From an uncultured delta proteobacterium (lineage in GTDB: Bacteria > Myxococcota > Myxococcia > Myxococcales > Myxococcaceae), in contig CAVYSY010000008.1 of the NCBI GenBank assembly GCA_963771175.1, forward strand, positions 1-64,000: a DNA stretch of 64,000 bases. The letters run 5' to 3'. Positions 59,183 through 64,000 of the stretch are shown one piece after another. The translations under genes were made by a program, and so were the position numbers. The notes under the pieces are model-generated. The model saw only the letters and a program-made list of their open reading frames with translations. It ran no database searches and was not told the origin of the DNA. Each line of letters opens with the position of its first letter. The stretch's first letter is position 1.

Positions 59183-61207
59183 ATGTCCGTGAAGTCCACC
59201 ACCTCGTCCACCTCGTCCATCACCCGACGCCAGCCGGATGCGCTCGCCCCGCAGAAGCCCGCGACGTCCTCCAATCCACTGGAGAAGGTGGGCCAGGCGC
59301 TGCAGAACGCGGCCAAGGGCGTCGCCCAGCACGTCAACCGCGCGGTGGACGTCTTCGAGGCGAAGCTGCCCTCGCTGCCGCGGCCCGCGGGAAAGAAGCC
59401 CTGGGAGGGCATCACCCTCACCGGCAACCCGCTCAAGATTCCGCTCGACGCGCTCAAGAAGGTGGACCTGGGCGACGTCCGCAAGGTGCTCGAGCGCGTC
59501 TTCCCGCCGAAGATTCACGACGAGCAGGGCAAGCAGCTCGTCACCCAGACGCAGGACTTCCGCGACACGCTGGGCAAGGTGCGCTCGCTGTCGGCGGAGC
59601 TGGAGATGCTGCCCGCCTCCCACCCGCGCCGCGCCGAGGTGAAGAAGGCGCTGGAGGCGGCCGAGGGCAAGCTGACGGCGGACTACGGCTACACGCGCAC
59701 CACCGCCCCCAAGCCGGGCGCGATGTGGATAGACCCGCAGTTCGCCGCCAAGGAGCTGCCGGGCGGGAAGCTGAACGCGAGCCACTTCCCCACGGGCACG
59801 CCGGTGACGAAGCCGCCGGCGCCCATGGACTTCCTCTTCGGCAACGGGCCGCGCGAGCTGACGCTGGGCGAGGGGCCCTCGGCCCGCACGGTGCACACCG
59901 CCGAGGAGTACAAGGCGGCGGTGGCGGCCCGGCGCGCCGAGCTGGGCATGCCGGTGAAGGACGGTGAGCCCCAGGGCGTTCACCTGAGCCTCCAGGGTGG
60001 CGGCGGCAAGGGCAAGCGCTACGCCGCCATGGTCGCGGAGATGTATGACCTGGGCGTGGTGCCCACGAGCCTGAGCGGCACCTCGGCGGGCTCCATCGCC
60101 GCGGCGTTCGCGGCCACGGGCGCGGGCCCCGCGGAGCTCCAGGCGCTGGCGAAGGACCCCCGGTTGAGCAACCTCTACGACTGGGACCTGGACATGAAGG
60201 ACGGAGGCATCCTCAACGGCCAGCAGGCCTTCGACCTCGTCGACCAGGAGCTGCGGCGGATGACGGGGATTACGGACCGTCCGGTGACCTTCGCGGACCT
60301 GAAGGTGCCGCTGCAGCTCATCGCCGCCAAGAGCTACGACAGCGCGGCGGGTCCGGACGGGGGGACCTCGGCCAAGGACCGCATCTTCGTCTTCAGCCAG
60401 GAGACGACGCCGGATACGCCGGTGGCGCTGGCGGTGCGCGCCTCCATGGCGATTCCGGGCGTCTTCGAGCCGGTGCAGGTGGTGGACCCGGCCACGGGCC
60501 GCCGGATGCACCTGGTGGACGGGGGCGCGCTGGACAACCTGCCCATGGGCTACAACAAGAACGACCTGCCCCAGATTGGCGCGTCGCTCTACTCCCGCGC
60601 CTCGGGCCACCCGGCGGACCACCGCGACACGACGAAGCCGCTGCCCTCGGGAAACCTGGACTCGACCAACGTCCTCTGGAACGCCCTCAACGGCTACACG
60701 CTGATGAAGGACTCGGGGTCGGACTACAACGACTACATCGACCGGACGCAGCCCAAGGCCAACCAGTACATGCTGTCGCTGCCCACCTGGGACCTGACGG
60801 ACCCGACCAAGAGCAACAGCACGCTGGGCTTCGGCTACGACGCGAAGGTGGACCCCGCGCTGGACGGGCAGTCGCGCCAGGTGACGCGCGACTTCCTGCG
60901 CAACTTCCTCGACGACCTGCGCGTGCCGGGCTCGCGGGGCACGAACTACACGGCGCAGGTGCCCCAGAACATCCACTTCGACCTGCCGGTGGTGGCCAAG
61001 GGCCAGCAGTACCAGGTGAGCTACGCGGGCGGTGACAACCTCATCGTCACCTCCAAGGAAGGCGGCCATCGCAGCGTGCTGCCGGTGGGCAAGCAGCGCA
61101 TCGAGGCGATGTACATGGACAACCAGACCTTCGGAGACCTGCCGGCGCAACTGGCCTACACCATCACGAACCCGCGGAGCGTGAAGCCGAGCTGGCTGCC
61201 CTTCTGA
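59183..61207 (+). CDS. Patatin-like phospholipase with long N-terminal extension
   Basis: LQGGGGKG, GTSAG, RASMAIPGVF, LVDGG. Confidence 0.9.
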   Translation: MSVKSTTSSTSSITRRQPDALAPQKPATSSNPLEKVGQALQNAAKGVAQHVNRAVDVFEAKLPSLPRPAGKKPWEGITLTGNPLKIPLDALKKVDLGDVRKVLERVFPPKIHDEQGKQLVTQTQDFRDTLGKVRSLSAELEMLPASHPRRAEVKKALEAAEGKLTADYGYTRTTAPKPGAMWIDPQFAAKELPGGKLNASHFPTGTPVTKPPAPMDFLFGNGPRELTLGEGPSARTVHTAEEYKAAVAARRAELGMPVKDGEPQGVHLSLQGGGGKGKRYAAMVAEMYDLGVVPTSLSGTSAGSIAAAFAATGAGPAELQALAKDPRLSNLYDWDLDMKDGGILNGQQAFDLVDQELRRMTGITDRPVTFADLKVPLQLIAAKSYDSAAGPDGGTSAKDRIFVFSQETTPDTPVALAVRASMAIPGVFEPVQVVDPATGRRMHLVDGGALDNLPMGYNKNDLPQIGASLYSRASGHPADHRDTTKPLPSGNLDSTNVLWNALNGYTLMKDSGSDYNDYIDRTQPKANQYMLSLPTWDLTDPTKSNSTLGFGYDAKVDPALDGQSRQVTRDFLRNFLDDLRVPGSRGTNYTAQVPQNIHFDLPVVAKGQQYQVSYAGGDNLIVTSKEGGHRSVLPVGKQRIEAMYMDNQTFGDLPAQLAYTITNPRSVKPSWLPF

Positions 61208-61214
61208 AAAGGCA

Positions 61215-61249
61215 GAGGGCCGCCCCGGTGCATCCGGGACGGCCCCCTC
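61215..61249. terminator. Hairpin between convergent patatin and Hint genes
   Basis: GAGGGCCGCCCCGG-TGCAT-CCGGGACGGCCCCCTC. Confidence 0.5.
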
Positions 61250-61279
61250 GAGGCCCCTCCGTGACTCGGGGCGGGCGCG

Positions 61280-63297
61280 CTAGCGCCGGGCGCTCTTCTG
61301 CCGGGCCTGGTGCCGGCGGAAGTCCTCATGCCAGGCGCCGTTGAGCTTCGTCAGCACCTCGCGCGTGTCCCGCACCTGCTGCTTCTCCAGCGTGAGCTGC
61401 GTCTGGCTGTCGCCCACCAGGAAGCCATTGGCATACAGCGTCCGCGCCTCGGGCCCGGCCTTGGCCAGCTCCTCCGGCGTGCCCAGCGCGAAGTTGAACA
61501 CCTCATCGTTGTAGGGCACGCGCTCCACGCCCACCAGCTTCGTCGCCCCGGCGCGCGTCAGCAGGACCTCGCCCACCTTCAGCTCGCCGGCCTGCACCAC
61601 GCCGCGCTTCGCCGTCACCATCGGGTGGGTGCCCGTCACCATCACCTCGGCGCCCTTCTCATCCCGCAGCTTCACCACCGGCTTGCTCTCGCCGCCGCGC
61701 GACACCGTCGTCACCGTGAGCGCCAGGCCGTTGCCATTGGCCAGCAGCTTGTCGCCCACCTTCACCTGCTCCACCGGCACCGACTGGCCATCCGCCTTCA
61801 CCACCTGCGTCCCCTTCGCCAGACAGGAGTTGCGCCAGTCGAGGGTCTGGACGGACGTGGTGCGCGTGTTGATGCCCGACTGGGTTGCCTGGGGCGAGGT
61901 CGCGCCGAGCACGATGCAAGTGGACTTCACCGTGGAGCGCACGACGAGCTTCGTGTTCTGGAGGGTGCTCAGGCAGTCCTTGCCGAAGTCCACCAGCCCG
62001 TCGAAGGGGAACTCCATGATGTTGTTGTCGTAGAGGTCCCGGGCGTACGGCTTGAGCGGCAGGGCGCTGTGCGCCACGACCGTGCCCGGCACCCGGTGCC
62101 ACCGGCACACTTGCCACCCGTCTCCAGGAGGATGAGGGCCACGTCGCTGTCCTGGGCGTCCACCCGGCACCAGGTCTTCAGCGAGAGCCGATGCTTGCCG
62201 CGCATGGCCAGGTAGAGGTGGCTCTGGTCATAGACACCGCTCGCGGGCTCCCAGTAGTCCCCCCGCTTGGGGACCCAGGAGCCGGAGGGCGGCCGGGACA
62301 ATTCGGCATCCACCGCGCCAATGCCGGTGAAGGGCTTGGCGAACGGGCGGAAGTCCCCCGTGACGGGGTCCTTGCTGCCCGAGGCGTAATCACAATCCAT
62401 GGCGCCCAGGAGGCTGCCGCGCTCCAGGCAGGTGCGGATGGGATTGTCCGTGAGGTGCTTGCCGATCTGCTCACGGGGGTGGGCGAAGAGGATGGTGTTG
62501 GTGAAGGGCGTGGGCGAGGGCTGCGCCCCCAACGAGCCGAGCGAGGACTCGGCCACGGTGTAGGAGATGTGCGACTCGCCCGTGGCCTCGTTGAAGGCCA
62601 TGGACACCGAGTCCACGAAGAAGACCTCATCGGAGTTGGCCTGCATGCCGAGGTCGAGCGTCGGCGTCTCCAGCACCTTGCCCGCGTACTCCTCGTAGGA
62701 CTCGGTCCCCAGCACGCGGAAGCGCTGGCGCGTCGCATCGGTGGCGAAGGCGGTGACGTCGACGTAGCCGTAGTCCGAGCCGTTGAAGCAGGTGACGAGG
62801 CCCGAGGCCTGGAACTTCACCTCGGTGGAGTCGGGGCTGACCGCGTCCGCGAGCGGCAACAGGTGGCCGCACCACGGATTCTCCCGGGTCTCCGTCGAGG
62901 TGAGCGTGTCCTTACGGGTCTGCACGCCCGGGACTCCGGCCTTCTTGTCCTTGCGCAGCTTGTCGAGGCGGCGGAAGAGCTGCGGCGAGTTCTCCGGGGT
63001 GCTACCCGAGGCCTGGAGCCGGTTCTTCACGAAGCGGAACTGCGCCTCGTCGGAGAGGTCCACGGGCATCTCCCGGCTCACCCGGGGCTTGTTGGAGTCC
63101 CGCGCCTGGGCACTGACCTGCTGATCCCACTGCGAATAGAGCTGGGCCATGTGGAGCGAGTCCTCGGCCAGGATCTCCTTGTCCACCTGCTGCGGCGCCT
63201 TCTGCTGGGCACAGCCCGCACCGAGCACCGTCAGGAATGTGAGAGCCGGGACGAGACGCTTGAGCATCCGGGGGGAGCCATTCAACGACAGCTTCAT
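61280..63297 (-). CDS. Lipoprotein with C-terminal Hint (intein/Hedgehog-like) domain and conserved tail (frameshift near 62100)
   Basis: Lipobox GAGC; NS|CLAKGTQVVKADG...VEQVKVGD, block B TGTHP, VFNF, YANGFLVGD, then a 42-aa tail. Confidence 0.88.
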
Positions 63298-63730
63298 GGG
63301 GTTCACCTCAGGGGATGACAACGACAGACAATTCCTCTCGAACGACTGGGAGGGAGACCTACAGGGTGAGCAGATGTGGAGTACAGGTAGGAGAGGGGGT
63401 CAATCGCTCCTCTTGCAGGTTCGCTCAGCAACGTGGGGATGCCTCGCCGGATGATGAAGACAGGCGGAGAAAAGCTTTTTCCTGCCTGTCCAAACACAGA
63501 CACAGTCTGGGGACCCCCCGCGAACAGCGAACAATCCCGTGTGCCTCCCGGGGAGGGCACCCGGCCGGCCGAGCGGATGCCCCTGCACGCCCTCCCGCCC
63601 TGCGCGTGAGTGTTCTGCCTCGGCGCACCCTCGGAGAGCGGCCCCTGGAAAAGCGGAGGGGCCGCCCCGGTCACCCGAGACGGCCCCTCGAGACGCTCGG
63701 CGATTCAGGGCAGGCGAGCCCGGCTCGCGC

Positions 63731-64000
63731 CTACTTCCTCGCCTGGCGCCGCTGGGACTGGCGGTAGTCCTCGTGCCAGGCGCCGTGGAGCTTCGCCAGC
63801 ACCTCGCGAGCGTCCACCTTCCGCGCCTTCTCCAGCGCCGTCTGCGCCTGGCCGTCTCCCACCAGGAAGCCGTCGGCGAACATCGTCCGCGCCTCGGGCC
63901 CCGCCTTGGCCAGCTCCTCCGGCGTACCCAGCAGGAAGTTGTAGACGGGCCCCTGGTAGGGGATGCGCTCCACCGCCACCAGCTTCGTCGCCCCGGTGCG
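63731..64000 (-). CDS. 3' end of a second, paralogous Hint-domain gene (runs off the window)
   Basis: VYNFLLGTPEELAKAGPEARTMFADGFLVGDGQAQ...LHGAWHEDY. Confidence 0.88.
   Translation of the reverse strand, partial: RTGATKLVAVERIPYQGPVYNFLLGTPEELAKAGPEARTMFADGFLVGDGQAQTALEKARKVDAREVLAKLHGAWHEDYRQSQRRQARK

Noticed and set aside
59090..61150. Long antisense ORFs (also 13725-15440, 45300-47117, 47246-49018, 49837-51336)
   Set aside because: Shadow ORFs produced by high-GC codon bias opposite well-supported genes.

Overview
GC-rich window from a myxobacterium. This is inferred from gene content typical of Archangiaceae/Myxococcaceae: lipoproteins with DAG repeats, DUF3396/Imm52-type immunity genes, a split atp operon and many PAS kinases. 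Single-base frameshifts are pervasive and even break atpA and atpH, so most split ORFs are probably sequencing errors and are joined here. Left end (1-9.3 kb): an accessory island with a giant sacsin/NO-VEIN-like GHKL ATPase ending in a DUF3883-like nuclease. Next comes a nested mobile-element stack: a TGT..ACA non-autonomous transposon, an IS66 3' half, and an ORF-less group II intron whose EBS1/EBS2 pair perfectly with its 5' exon. An orphan Imm52 gene closes this part. Middle: a catalytically dead-looking S9 peptidase, TerC, a Zn-finger Clp ATPase, an orphan SycD-like chaperone + DUF1521-like pair, Fur, kinases, a TonB-dependent receptor and three more toxin-immunity pairs. It also holds a MoxR-vWA-beta-propeller (bpX5/bpX6-type) conflict operon split by one of those toxin cassettes. 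Right end: Hsp70, atpH-[kinase]-atpA, an uncharacterised helical lipoprotein/small-protein pair, a patatin, and tandem genes with a C-terminal Hint domain that ends in Gly-Asp and carries a conserved WHED tail (the complete copy is a lipoprotein). All family assignments come from motif recognition by eye; no searches were run.
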